A stretch of 64,000 nt of DNA, taken from positions 6,607 through 70,606 of the forward strand of contig CAMYKB010000015.1 of NCBI GenBank assembly GCA_947258875.1, in the 5' to 3' direction. Below the pieces are notes generated by a model. It did no database searches. It saw nothing but the letters and a program-made list of their open reading frames with translations, and had not been told where the DNA came from. Made by a program: the position numbers and the translations under genes. Positions 55,101 to 64,000 of the stretch are shown in pieces; position 1 is the first letter of the stretch, and each line of letters opens with the position of its first letter. This DNA comes from an uncultured Gammaproteobacteria bacterium. GTDB taxonomy: Bacteria; Pseudomonadota; Gammaproteobacteria; CAMYKB01.

Positions 55101-55215
55101 GCAAGTCGCCAATGCAATCCATCCTCATCCCACTCAGACTGAGCTGTTCGGCGAGATGGCGCGCCGCCTGTTATCGCGTCTGCGGCGTAGTCGTAAGAAT
55201 GCCAGGGTGGGTTAG
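52111..55215 (+). CDS. fused E2 acyltransferase (2 lipoyl domains, PSBD, catalytic core) and E3 dihydrolipoyl dehydrogenase-like flavoprotein
   Basis: Two lipoyl domains (VETDKAIMDVE twice). PSBD ATPLARKLAGQMHVNLNTVSASGP. E2 core ending TADHRVINGAEVAQFL...IEHPERWMG. Then DVVVIGGGPGGE, GGECLWRGCIPSK, IIGGGAIGVEMAQ, AAGDV, HPHPTQTE. No stop codon between the two halves. Confidence 0.8.
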   Translation: MSAPYVIKMPQLSDTMTEGVLVSWEKQLGDKVERGDIVATVETDKAIMDVEVFRDGYLSGPLEDVDSVIAVGGAIGFLVASEAEVQASGEAVATVAAEPADDAGTVLEVQNTVDETPTGASHVVKMPQLSDTMTEGVVVSWEKQLGDKIERGDIVATVETDKAIMDVEVFREGYLSGPLAEIDSVVQVGDAMAYLVTEAGQVVEKTSVAKIAGKQTRQAPSATSPSELAPRHEIATAHPAAGHKAPPLQSDAVPVPRPVNKYATPLARKLAGQMHVNLNTVSASGPLGVIVANDVAHAQPIHRPVEVVPQTAAHNLPEVQVPGAGRQMSAMERAVSQNMTAALTMPTFDTTMHADPSRLITSAKKLGVSVTVAIAKACAEAIKQQPTMNWCYQPVDKIVERDNIDIGMAVATEGGGLVTPVLRHCESRNVEDLNAEWKELVDRARKRRLKQEEYTNSTFQISNLGMFGVSQFNAIPTPGLGAILALSAASEAGMPLTVTADHRVINGAEVAQFLQFLKESIEHPERWMGPLGPAIPEGDWDYDVVVIGGGPGGEDCARDLVAHGIKVAMINDSPYPGGECLWRGCIPSKAWRNAADRIRDRAHDAHLGIEGTTSAKLNWKNLEKTRRGILETRGQMALNTDKGVKIKVIQGLASFVGDHRVFVDTSGNNNDPHVRAAQGDGNKSDGSKGEHLSFGAAIIATGAPPFVPPIPGAHEGLHSGAVLTSDTVWGLDQPPKKLAIIGGGAIGVEMAQIFQDFGCKVTLLEAQPRILAEVESEIAKQLTDILNDDANLSVHTGVQLKKIEGEPGKVKLSYADAEGKLRSMTVERVIMATGKRPQLDGLQLSNAGVEIDGAVIKTDSQCRTSVPHIFAAGDVIGGLMLAHTAGQQGRVAAAALLGEDLRYQEHKDCGVIFTRPQAAFVGLSLQQAKAKNIDAVEVKVPMNIDAKAMITNETHGLIKMVVDKKSQRIIGVHFLADHADTLIGEAVMMVSGDMSLEQVANAIHPHPTQTELFGEMARRLLSRLRRSRKNARVG

Positions 55216-55506
55216 CGCCTGCCTCAAATCTGTCTCGCACACCGATTCGGTGTTGTGGGTTACGCGGAAGGGCTTATTTACACTTGTTGGTACGACCGCC
55301 TGTTCCAGGCTCGGTTAGCTACCTTCGTCCATGGGCATGCCCGCAAAGTCATAAACTAATGCAACCGAAGGTTAAATGAAGAACAACCGCCTCGGCGGTT
55401 TTCGAGAGGCCTGTCGGCTATTCGGTTGGGTTAATGGCGTAAGATTGTGCAAATTCACGCTATAATCCTCAACTTTATCCAACATCCAAGTAACGGCGTA
55501 GAGTTC

Positions 55507-56724
55507 ATGTCAGATATCAAGAAGGTTGTATTGGCGTATTCCGGGGGACTTGATACCTCGGTTATCCTTAAGTGGTTGGAAGAAACCTATCAGTGTGAAG
55601 TGGTGACATTCACTGCGGACATTGGTCAGGGCGAAGAGGTCGAGCCGGCACGCGCCAAGGCGCAGACCATGGGTGTAAAGGATATCTTCATCGAGGACCT
55701 GCGCGAAGAGTTTGTGCGTGATTATGTCTATCCCATGTTCCGTGCCAATACGATTTACGAGGGCGAGTATCTGCTCGGTACCTCGATTGCGCGTCCGCTA
55801 ATCGCCAAACGCCTGGTCGAGATTGCGGCACAAACTGGTGCCGATGCAATCTCGCACGGCGCGACCGGTAAAGGAAATGATCAGGTGCGTTTCGAACTTG
55901 GCGCTTATGCTCTGAACCCCGAAATCAAGGTGATTGCGCCCTGGAGGCTATGGGATCTGAATTCCCGCGAAAAACTGCTGGCCTATGCGGACAGGCACGC
56001 TATTCCGGTGGAACAGAAGCGCGGCAAGAAATCGCCGTATTCCATGGATGCCAACCTGCTGCACATCTCTTATGAAGGCGGGCCGTTGGAAGACCCTTGG
56101 ACTGAAGCCGAAGACGATATGTGGCGCTGGAGTGTGTCGCCGGAGCAGGCCCCGGACAAGGCTGCTTATATCGAGCTGACCTTTGAAAGGGGCGATGTGA
56201 TTGCGGTTGATGGTCAGCCGATGACACCAGCCACGGTGTTGGAGATTTTAAATAAAGTTGGTGGCGATAACGGTATAGGCCGGCTTGATATCGTTGAAAA
56301 TCGTTATGTCGGCATGAAGTCCCGTGGTTGCTATGAAACACCGGGGGGCACTATATTGTTGCGTGCGCATCGAGCCATTGAGTCCATAACGCTGGATCGC
56401 GAGGTGGCGCATCTCAAGGATGAACTGATGCCGCGCTATGCCAGTCTGGTATATAACGGCTATTGGTGGAGCCCGGAGCGTGAATTGCTGCAACAGATGA
56501 TTGACGCCTCGCAGCGTCATGTTAACGGGACTGTGCGGCTCAAGCTATATAAAGGTAGTGTTACGGTAGTCGGTCGCAAATCCGCAACTGATAGCCTGTT
56601 TGATGAGACCATCGCGACCTTCGAGGATGATGCGGGTGCTTACAATCAACAGGACGCGGAAGGTTTCATCAAACTTAACGCCTTGCGGATGCGCATAGCG
56701 GCGGCAAGACGACCGCATAAATAA
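55507..56724 (+). CDS. argG: argininosuccinate synthase
   Basis: Start at [52 protein letters not shown]. Confidence 0.95.
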   Translation: MSDIKKVVLAYSGGLDTSVILKWLEETYQCEVVTFTADIGQGEEVEPARAKAQTMGVKDIFIEDLREEFVRDYVYPMFRANTIYEGEYLLGTSIARPLIAKRLVEIAAQTGADAISHGATGKGNDQVRFELGAYALNPEIKVIAPWRLWDLNSREKLLAYADRHAIPVEQKRGKKSPYSMDANLLHISYEGGPLEDPWTEAEDDMWRWSVSPEQAPDKAAYIELTFERGDVIAVDGQPMTPATVLEILNKVGGDNGIGRLDIVENRYVGMKSRGCYETPGGTILLRAHRAIESITLDREVAHLKDELMPRYASLVYNGYWWSPERELLQQMIDASQRHVNGTVRLKLYKGSVTVVGRKSATDSLFDETIATFEDDAGAYNQQDAEGFIKLNALRMRIAAARRPHK

Positions 56725-56741
56725 CTACAAAAAGGCCGTGT

Positions 56742-57503
56742 ATGTCTGATTTGATTAAACGAGTCACTATCGCAGCGCTGATGTTGTGCGGTGTTCTGTT
56801 GTTTACGGGTTGTGCTAGCGTACCGGGCGAACCTGATCCGCGTGATCCATGGGAAGGTTACAACCGTGCCATGTTCAAGTTCAACGACTCGCTCGACCGT
56901 GCGCTACTGAAGCCCGCTGCTAAAGGTTATCAGGTGATTATGCCGGAATTCCTCGATACGACCGTGAGTAATTTTTTTTCCAACCTGGATGACATCAGGG
57001 TGGCGATAAATAATCTCCTGCAATTCAAGATTAACGACGGGTTTTCGGATTTGGGGCGTTTATTGATCAACAGCAGCTTTGGTCTCGGTGGCTTGCTGGA
57101 TATCAGTAGCGAGATGGGTTTTCCTAAACATAACGAGGACTTTGGTCAGACATTGGGTGCATGGGGAGTGCCGTCAGGACCCTACCTGATTATACCCTTC
57201 ACCGGACCCTCAACAGTGCGAGATACGCCTGCAAGTTTCGCTGATAGTTATATGCTCCCTATTAACTACCTGAATGATTACGAAACCTATCTTGGATTGA
57301 CAGCGTTGTCCATCATCAATTCGCGTGCTGATCTGCTCAGGCTTGAGAAGATTGCCGATGACGTTGCGTATGACCGTTATACGTTTATTCGTAATGCTTA
57401 TCTCGACAGACGACAATTTCTGGTCAATGATGGTAGGCCGTCAGAAGATGACAATGATTTGCTGAATGAATTAAATGAACTTGAGGCGCTGGAGTCGCAG
57501 TGA
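56742..57503 (+). CDS. mlaA: MlaA/VacJ-family outer-membrane lipoprotein
   Basis: Lipobox LLFTGC|A. DPWEGYNRAMFKFND, FFSNL.D, NS..GLGGL.D, DFGQTLG.WG...GPYLI.P..GPST.RD. Confidence 0.85.
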   Translation: MSDLIKRVTIAALMLCGVLLFTGCASVPGEPDPRDPWEGYNRAMFKFNDSLDRALLKPAAKGYQVIMPEFLDTTVSNFFSNLDDIRVAINNLLQFKINDGFSDLGRLLINSSFGLGGLLDISSEMGFPKHNEDFGQTLGAWGVPSGPYLIIPFTGPSTVRDTPASFADSYMLPINYLNDYETYLGLTALSIINSRADLLRLEKIADDVAYDRYTFIRNAYLDRRQFLVNDGRPSEDDNDLLNELNELEALESQ

Positions 57504-57757
57504 AATTTATTTTCACAGCGCTTCGAGTTGTGAAGCAATCGGCGCGAGTAATGAATTGATTTTGGTATGGCGTGTTCACTTGTCGCGTCACACATTAGTT
57601 TTTTTAGTGCCAGGCCAGACCCGTTGGCGAGGGGTTTGAAAATCAGCTGTACGGATGAATTACGTGATACGAAGCCACTGGCTGAAGCCGGAATGTCCAA
57701 CGTCGTTCGACTGCTCTGCAATACCTGCAAGCTGTTTGTCTGTGTGAGGATTATGTC

Positions 57758-58732
57758 ATGAGCAAAGCTATTCGTATTACACATCCTGGCGGGCCTGATG
57801 TCATGCAATGGCTGGATGTGGAAGTGGGTGAGCCAGCTGCGACTGAGGCGCGTGTGCGGCACACCGCCGTCGGACTTAATTTTATCGATGTTTATCATCG
57901 CAGCGGCCTGTATCCCATCGCCATGCCTTCGGGCTTGGGTATGGAGGCAGCGGGTGTGGTGGAAGCTGTAGGTAGTGGTATTTCTGATCTTCAGCCAGGT
58001 GACCGCGTGGCCTATGCCAGCCTACCGGTGGGTGCCTATGCTGAGGTGCGCCTGATGCCAGCGCAACGCCTGATTAAGTTACCCGATACGATAGATGACA
58101 ATACGGCTGCCGCCATGATGCTCAAGGGTATGACGGCAGAATATCTGTTGTGTCGTACCTATGCCGTCAAGGCAGGCGATGTAGTCCTGTTACATGCCGC
58201 TGCGGGTGGTGTGGGTCAGATTGCTGCACAATGGGCTCATCATCTTGGCGCAACAGTTATTGGAACTGCAGGCAGTGAGGAAAAGCTCGAACTCGCCCGT
58301 CAATCAGGTTGCCATCACGTCATCAATTATCGCGAAGAGGATTTCGTGGCCCGGGTGCGCGAGATAACAGAGGGTAGGGGTGTGGATGTGGTCTATGATT
58401 CTGTGGGCAAAGCGACCTTTGAGGGTTCGCTCGATAGTCTCCGGCCGCGCGGCATGATGGTGAGTTTCGGTAATGCCTCGGGGGCAGTGCCCCCGTTTGA
58501 TCCTGCAATACTTTCAGCCAAGGGTTCCTTGTATTTTACACGCCCGACGATAGTCACCTACACTGCAAGTCGTGAAGATCTTTATGCCAGTGCACATGCC
58601 CTGTTTGATGTTGTAATTGGAGGTGCGGTGCATATCAATATAGGCCAGACCTATCCACTGGAACAGGCTTCGCAGGCACACATCGACCTGCAAGCTCGTG
58701 GTACACAGGGTTCAACGCTGCTGTTGCCTTGA
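57758..58732 (+). CDS. qor: NADPH:quinone oxidoreductase (zeta-crystallin/Qor family)
   Basis: GLNFIDVY.RSGLYP, HAAAGGVG, VINYREEDF, VVYDSVG, MVSFGNASGAV, TQGSTLLLP: collinear with the recalled E. coli QorA. Confidence 0.85.
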   Translation: MSKAIRITHPGGPDVMQWLDVEVGEPAATEARVRHTAVGLNFIDVYHRSGLYPIAMPSGLGMEAAGVVEAVGSGISDLQPGDRVAYASLPVGAYAEVRLMPAQRLIKLPDTIDDNTAAAMMLKGMTAEYLLCRTYAVKAGDVVLLHAAAGGVGQIAAQWAHHLGATVIGTAGSEEKLELARQSGCHHVINYREEDFVARVREITEGRGVDVVYDSVGKATFEGSLDSLRPRGMMVSFGNASGAVPPFDPAILSAKGSLYFTRPTIVTYTASREDLYASAHALFDVVIGGAVHINIGQTYPLEQASQAHIDLQARGTQGSTLLLP

Positions 58733-58784
58733 AGTCGATAATAAAATATACAGTATAAAAATAAAGTCCAATAATTTATTTACT

Positions 58785-59309
58785 ATGTTTGCATTCATTC
58801 AGCCTTTCCTCAGACTTTGTTTGTTCAATGCCAACCCTCAGGATTTACCGGCATCAAGGGTATTGCTGAATGTTTTATTGATCCTCAATGTGTTAGCAGG
58901 GCTGGCACTGATACTGCCTACCTATGGCTTCAGCATAGCGCTTTTGGAGACTTTATTCGAACTGGTGCTGTTATGTGGTTTTGTATGGATAGTATTGCAG
59001 CTTCGTAGTGTTCCAGAGCGTTACCTGCAAACCCTGAATAGCTTGCTCGGAGTCAGTGTTATTATGAGCATACTGGTATTGCCGCTTGTGTATTCGCTGG
59101 CTCGTCTGCCCGAAGGCCAGCCACCTGATGGGCTGACGGCATTTGCATATCTGGTGATATTTGGTTGGGCAATCATGGTTGATGCGCATATTTACCGGCA
59201 TGCGCTTTCAACTAATATGTTTATTGGTCTGGCGGTGAGTATCGCTTACATGGTAACAGTAATGCTACTTGTGAATACTGTATTCCCGCAGGTTGCGCCC
59301 GCAGGCTGA
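58785..59309 (+). CDS. hypothetical inner-membrane protein (about 5 TM helices)
   Basis: 174 aa from the ATG at 58785. Hydrophobic segments throughout. No family recognised. Confidence 0.45.
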   Translation: MFAFIQPFLRLCLFNANPQDLPASRVLLNVLLILNVLAGLALILPTYGFSIALLETLFELVLLCGFVWIVLQLRSVPERYLQTLNSLLGVSVIMSILVLPLVYSLARLPEGQPPDGLTAFAYLVIFGWAIMVDAHIYRHALSTNMFIGLAVSIAYMVTVMLLVNTVFPQVAPAG

Positions 59310-59334
59310 CTGCATGTAGCGGCTCAAAGACACT

Positions 59335-60684
59335 ATGCATATCCACATACTCGGTATTTGCGGTACCTTTATGGGTGGTCTCGCGCAACTTGCCAAACAG
59401 GCAGGCCATAGCGTTTCGGGTTCGGATGAAAATGTCTATCCACCCATGAGTATTCAGTTGCAGCAGGCAGGTATTGAGCTGTATGAAGGTTATCACGCGA
59501 GAGATCTCAACCCGGCAACGGATTGCGTGGTTGTCGGTAATGTAATGAGCCGCGGCAATCCGCTGATCGAGGAGGTACTTAACAGAGATATCGCCTATAT
59601 TTCCGGTCCGCAGTGGCTAAGCAATCATCTCTTGCGGGAACGCTGGGTACTTGCTGTCGCGGGCACGCATGGCAAGACCAGTGGTAGCAGCATGCTGGCA
59701 TGGGTGCTGGAATACGCCGGGCTCAAGCCGGGATTTCTCATTGGTGGCGTGCCGGAAAATTTTGGTGTTTCAGCACGTTTGGGTGAAAGTCCGTTTTTTG
59801 TTATCGAGGCCGATGAATATGACACGGCGTTTTTCGATAAGCGCTCCAAATTTCTGCATTACCGTCCGCGCACTCTGATTCTCAATAACCTTGAATTCGA
59901 TCACGCGGATATCTTTGCTGATCTCGCGGCTATTCAGCGGCAATTCCATCACCTGATACGCATCGTGCCCGGGGAGGGCATGATTGTGTGTAACGGCGAT
60001 GATGCAAATCTACAGGCGGTGCTCGACATGGGCTGCTGGACGCCAGTGCAACAATTCAGTCTGTCACAGAATGCCCGCCAGTGGTCAGCCAGGTCATTAT
60101 CGAGGGATGGCTCCGGTTTTGAACTTATTTATCAGGGTACGCCCTTGGGGCAATGCGATTGGTCGCAGTTAGGTATGCATAACGTGAGCAATGCACTTGC
60201 GGTGATTGCTGCAGCACGTCATGTAGGCGTGCCGGTAGAGCAGTCGCTTGCCGCGCTGGCCGAATTCAAGGGTGTAAAGCGGCGCATGGAGGTGCGGGGT
60301 CAGCGCCGGGGTATTACGGTTTATGATGATTTCGCACATCATCCCACAGCGATTGCAACCACAGTAGCAGGGCTGCGCGCGCGTATCGGAGGGCAGCGCC
60401 TGGTAGCAGTGTTGGAGCCACGCTCGAATACCATGCGTATGGGGGTCCATAAAGCAGCGTTGGCAAACAGTCTTGCGCAGGCAGATGAAGTTATTTTATT
60501 CGAACCCGACAATATGGAATGGTCTGTCGCGGAGGCGTTACAGGATCGTGCCCGGATTTTCAATTCTGTAGCGGATATTATTGCAGATTTGCTGCAATCG
60601 CTATCGCCGGGTGATCATGTGCTAATCATGAGCAATGGTTCGTTTGGTGGTATACATGATAAGCTGCTGGCTGCACTGGAATAA
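59335..60684 (+). CDS. mpl: UDP-N-acetylmuramate:L-alanyl-gamma-D-glutamyl-meso-DAP ligase
   Basis: MHIHILGICGTFMGGLA, V.GTHGKT, EADEYDTAFFDKRSKF, DDFAHHPTAI: Mur-ligase/Mpl pattern. Confidence 0.9.
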   Translation: MHIHILGICGTFMGGLAQLAKQAGHSVSGSDENVYPPMSIQLQQAGIELYEGYHARDLNPATDCVVVGNVMSRGNPLIEEVLNRDIAYISGPQWLSNHLLRERWVLAVAGTHGKTSGSSMLAWVLEYAGLKPGFLIGGVPENFGVSARLGESPFFVIEADEYDTAFFDKRSKFLHYRPRTLILNNLEFDHADIFADLAAIQRQFHHLIRIVPGEGMIVCNGDDANLQAVLDMGCWTPVQQFSLSQNARQWSARSLSRDGSGFELIYQGTPLGQCDWSQLGMHNVSNALAVIAAARHVGVPVEQSLAALAEFKGVKRRMEVRGQRRGITVYDDFAHHPTAIATTVAGLRARIGGQRLVAVLEPRSNTMRMGVHKAALANSLAQADEVILFEPDNMEWSVAEALQDRARIFNSVADIIADLLQSLSPGDHVLIMSNGSFGGIHDKLLAALE

Positions 60685-60755
60685 CCATGTATCCTCAGTA
60701 TGTGGTAAACGAGTTAATGCTAGTTCGTTACCCAGCTTGAGTCAGTGATTGTTAT

Positions 60756-62017
60756 ATGGAGTTGCCACATAAAAAAATGGTTGTAGACGATCTTCCTGAA
60801 AAGATCGGCAAATATGATGTTCAGGGCATCATAGGTCGTGGTGCAATGGGGGTTGTATTCGAGGGTTTTGACCCCTTTGTGCAACGGCGTGTGGCGATCA
60901 AAGTATCGCGTTATGATCCGGCCAGTGGCTCTACAATCAACAAATACACTCAACACAAATTCTTTCTTGAGGCGCATGCCGCCGGACGTTTACAGCACCC
61001 CCATATCGTATCTGTTTACGATGCCGGTATTGATGATGAAGAAAGCTTTATCGTCATGGAATATGTCAATGGCCAAACCCTGGATTCCTATATAGCAGAA
61101 GGCCGGCGATTGTCTGTCGAGAAGGTTATCGATGTGGTTTTCAAGTCCAGCCGGGCACTGGATTATGCGCACCGCAATGGTGTAATTCACCGCGATATCA
61201 AGCCCAGTAATATCATGTTGCTGGATAATGAAGATGTTAAAATCATGGACTTTGGTGTTGCCAAACTCGAGTCTGCCGATGATGCATTCAGTATCGGCTT
61301 GGTTGGTTCGCCGGATTACATGTCACCCGAGCAGGTCAACCAGCAGGAGATCGGGCTGGTGAATTGCCGTTTAAGGGTGAAAACATTGTTGCCATCATTC
61401 ATCAGATTGCACATGAGCCTGTGCCTTCACTGAAGTTGTTATGCCCGCATTTACCCGATGATCTTGTGCGAATCGCTGATCGGGCCCTGGCGAAGAATCC
61501 ACGGCAACGTTTTGAGTCGGCGCAAACATTCTCTACCGCGTTGAGTCGTGTGTTCGATGGATTAAAATATACCGAACAATTGATTGTTGATCGCGAACGG
61601 CTTGATATGATTGCCTCGGTTAGTTTTTTTGATGAATTTACTACCAGCTCGATCAATGAATTGCTGACGGCAACCACCTGGGTTCAATTCAAGCCAGGTG
61701 ATGTCATTATCAGTGAGGGTGATATTGATGATACTTTCTATGTTATCGTTTCGGGGCAAGCGGAAGTGTCACGTTCGGGCCGCAGTCTACGTACACTGTC
61801 AGTTGGTGACTGTTTCGGTGAAGTCGGATTTATTGCACAACGTAAGCGTGATGTCACGGTCAAGGCGAATAGTGAACTGATGTTGATGAAAGTCAATACC
61901 GCATTGATGGATCAGACATCGGAGCAATGTCAGGCGCAATACTACAAGGCCATTGCTACGTCACTGGTCAAGCGTCTGTCTTCCGCGCAAGATGCTGTGA
62001 CGGCAGGAGAAGCGTGA
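60756..62017 (+). pseudogene. Ser/Thr protein kinase fused to a cyclic-nucleotide-binding domain, frame broken by a short internal deletion
   Basis: Kinase subdomains I-VIII are in frame 1 (GRGAMGVV, AIK, HRDIKPSN, DFG, GSPDYMSPE). Frame changes at about 61350-61356. It resumes as (A)GELPFKGEN...NPRQRF plus the cNMP domain (FGEVGF...KRDVTVKA). About 17 residues (D.RSD..SLG...) between SPEQ....EI and GELPF are missing. Confidence 0.75.
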
Positions 62018-62021
62018 TTTC

Positions 62022-62651
62022 ATGGGTCAGTTTTGCAAGACAGTATCACTGGGGATTACGGGGGCGTCGGGTGCGCCATATGCCTTACGCCTGATCGATT
62101 GTTTGATTAAGGCGAATGTCAGGGTTTACCTGATGATCTCGAAGCCGGGGCAAGTGGTTATGGGAATGGAGACCGATCTTAAGTTGCCTGCCCGCAGTGC
62201 CGAAATACAGCGCTTCCTCTCCAGTCGTTATGCTGCCGCCGAGGGACAGCTGCAGGTATTCGGTCAGGATCAATGGACCGCGCCTATCGCGAGCGGATCA
62301 GGTGTCGCCGATGCAATGGTCATTTGTCCATGCACCACAGGCAGCTTGTCGGCAATTGCCTGTGGCGCCAGCCGATCATTGTTGGAGCGCGCTGCTGATG
62401 TCACGCTCAAGGAGCGTAGGCCATTGTTGGTCGTGTTGCGGGAAATGCCGTTGTCGGAAATTCACCTGGAAAACATGCTGAAACTTGTACGAATGGGTGT
62501 AGTGATGCTGCCTGCAACTCCGGGATTTTATCATCGGCCCGAGTCTGTCAATGATCTGGTTGATTTTGTGGTGGCACGCATACTCGAACATCTTGGCCTT
62601 GATCAGCAGTTGCTGCCAAGCTGGGGTATGGACAATAGCGATTCATCTTGA
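62022..62651 (+). CDS. ubiX: flavin prenyltransferase UbiX
   Basis: ITGASGA.YA.RL, VICPC...LSAIA.G, LKERR.L.VV.RE.PL, G..MLPA.PGFYH.P. Confidence 0.9.
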   Translation: MGQFCKTVSLGITGASGAPYALRLIDCLIKANVRVYLMISKPGQVVMGMETDLKLPARSAEIQRFLSSRYAAAEGQLQVFGQDQWTAPIASGSGVADAMVICPCTTGSLSAIACGASRSLLERAADVTLKERRPLLVVLREMPLSEIHLENMLKLVRMGVVMLPATPGFYHRPESVNDLVDFVVARILEHLGLDQQLLPSWGMDNSDSS

Positions 62652-63229
62652 TGGAGTTACCACTTTTTCCGCTCAATACCGTACTGTTACCGGGTGGCGT
62701 GCTGCCCCTGCGCATTTTCGAGGCCCGTTACATTGATATGATCGGTGAGTGTATGCGCAATGATACTGGATTTGGGGTCTGCCTGATTCATAGCGGTAAG
62801 GAAACTGGTGACGGCGCTGAAATTTATCCATTTGGAACGTTCTGTCGGATTGTTGATTGGCAACAGTTACCTGATGGCTTGCTGGGGATTACAGCGCAGG
62901 CGGAATATAAGATAAAGGTGATACGCCATAATAAACAAGCCAACAATTTGCTGGTGGGTAGTATTGAGGTAATTGATGAGCCGGCGGAAGCGGCTTTGCC
63001 CGAAGAATTTACTTCCCTGGCAAGTTTGCTGCAGCAAATAATTGGCGAAATAGGGCCCCCATATAGTAATCTACACACTTTTTTTGATCAGGCTGGCTGG
63101 GTAGGCGCGCGTCTCGTAGAGTTATTGCCGCTCGATCTCCCGGTGAAGCAGAAGTTGCTGGAGATAGATGATCATCTCGTCAGGCTGTTTCACCTGCGCG
63201 ATGCCATGATGAATATGAAATATATTTAA
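62651..63229 (+). CDS. LON substrate-binding (Lon N-terminal-like) domain protein
   Basis: LPLFPLNTVLLPGGVLPLRIFEARYIDM: typical LON-domain start. The ATG overlaps the ubiX stop (TGATG). Confidence 0.75.
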   Translation: MELPLFPLNTVLLPGGVLPLRIFEARYIDMIGECMRNDTGFGVCLIHSGKETGDGAEIYPFGTFCRIVDWQQLPDGLLGITAQAEYKIKVIRHNKQANNLLVGSIEVIDEPAEAALPEEFTSLASLLQQIIGEIGPPYSNLHTFFDQAGWVGARLVELLPLDLPVKQKLLEIDDHLVRLFHLRDAMMNMKYI

Positions 63230-63317
63230 GGGGTCTCTGATTAATTTGTAGATCAGGCGACTGCTCACCAATTAATGAAAGATTTTTTAACAATCGAGTG
63301 TGTTTAAGGAGTATGTA

Positions 63318-63692
63318 GTGGCGACAATTGAGCTTACCAAAGAAAATTTCGGCGATACGATCCAGAATAATGATATCGTCATTATCGATTTCTGGGCGAC
63401 CTGGTGCGGGCCATGCCGTTCATTTGCGCCGGTGTTCGAGGCGGCCTCTGAAAATCATAGCGACGTGATCTTCGCCAAGGTCAATACAGAAGATCAACAG
63501 GAGCTTGCGGCTGGATATCAGATCCGTTCTATACCTACCCTGATGATACTGCGTGAACAGATCTTGTTGTACTCAGAGCCCGGTGCGCTGTCAGCAGCAC
63601 AGCTGGAAGATATAGTGGCCAAAACCAAGGAACTGGATATGGATGTAGTACGTCAGGAAATAGAGAAAGAGCAACGGACCGCCGAGAGTTGA
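63318..63692 (+). CDS. thioredoxin
   Basis: FWATWCGPC active site, IRSIPTLMI. GTG at 63318 sits 6 nt after an AAGGAG Shine-Dalgarno. Confidence 0.85.
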   Translation: MATIELTKENFGDTIQNNDIVIIDFWATWCGPCRSFAPVFEAASENHSDVIFAKVNTEDQQELAAGYQIRSIPTLMILREQILLYSEPGALSAAQLEDIVAKTKELDMDVVRQEIEKEQRTAES

Positions 63693-63723
63693 TCCGCAAA
63701 TAATATTTTTATTTTCTAATTTG

Positions 63724-64000
63724 TTATTTTTCCTTAGTTGGAGTGAGGCGTAGTTTGCGGGTGTCTGCAAGGGGCTGCTTTTGTGGCAGACTGGAACGAA
63801 TCTTGTTGAGCACCTTGTCAGCAGCAGCGCGGTAGGCCGTCAGTTTTCCTCCATAAATCGCGATCAGTCTTGGTCGTGATTCCCGGTCGGAGACAAACAG
63901 GGTCTCGCGTGAGCGCTTGTTAGCATCTTCATTTGATGAAGGCAGTACGCGTGACCCTGCAAATGCAGAGACGATCTGCTGTCGCTGGCAGGCCTTGTCC
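63724..64000 (-). CDS. 3' end of a GlpD-like FAD-dependent glycerol-3-phosphate dehydrogenase, partial
   Basis: The minus-strand frame reads ...RLIAIYGGKLTAYRAAADKVLNKIRSSLPQ...*. GGKLT.YR is the recalled GlpD C-terminal motif. The ORF continues beyond the window. Confidence 0.5.
   Translation of the reverse strand, partial: DKACQRQQIVSAFAGSRVLPSSNEDANKRSRETLFVSDRESRPRLIAIYGGKLTAYRAAADKVLNKIRSSLPQKQPLADTRKLRLTPTKEK

Noticed and set aside
1-64000. Scan for CRISPR arrays, tRNA/rRNA genes, integrase/transposase genes, and classic defence genes (nucleases, helicases, RT).
   Set aside because: No regularly spaced direct repeats, no cloverleaf-like or rRNA-like segments, and no such protein signatures were seen in any listed ORF. 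The absence is by eye only and should be confirmed with tRNAscan/Infernal/CRISPR finders.

Overview
64-kb chromosomal window, roughly 50% GC by eye. Gene content and local synteny look gammaproteobacterial: Pseudomonas-type long PstC/PstA, rnt-pyrC, and mpl-ubiX. The taxon cannot be fixed from this window alone. I saw no rRNA, tRNA, CRISPR array or transposase gene.

Most of the window is housekeeping: mazG, nadC, argF-argD, argG, sodB, grxD, rnt, pyrC, mlaA, qor, mpl, ubiX and trx.

The dominant feature is an unusually complete phosphate (Pho) supercluster. It contains psiE, phoB-phoR, pstS, a sixA-like gene, ppx, a plcP/agt-like lipid-remodelling pair, ppk1, pstC-pstA-pstB-phoU and a decayed pit locus. 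11-bp-phased Pho-box heptamers are visible in front of phoB, pstS and pstC. Uncharacterised genes are interleaved with this cluster: LemA plus an M48 peptidase, DUF3179, and an orphan AAA_5 ATPase.

Other notable content:
- An egtB-egtC / egtD ergothioneine cluster.
- A c-di-GMP module (PilZ, GGDEF, PAS-GGDEF-EAL, REC-GGDEF).
- A heterodimeric-E1 2-oxoacid dehydrogenase operon whose last gene is a single ORF fusing a full E2 to a full E3.
- An orphan 430-aa Cys-capped, Ser-rich protein with no family I recognise.

There are clear signs of genome flux:
- A 119-bp MITE with 16-bp terminal inverted repeats and a 9-bp target duplication interrupts a DUF47 (pit-accessory) gene.
- Solo copies of the same 23-bp end lie near the 3' ends of two other genes.
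- The pit transporter carries a large internal out-of-frame deletion.
- A Ser/Thr kinase-cNMP-binding gene carries a small out-of-frame deletion.

All functional calls rest on motifs read from the translations and on recalled family signatures. No database search was run.
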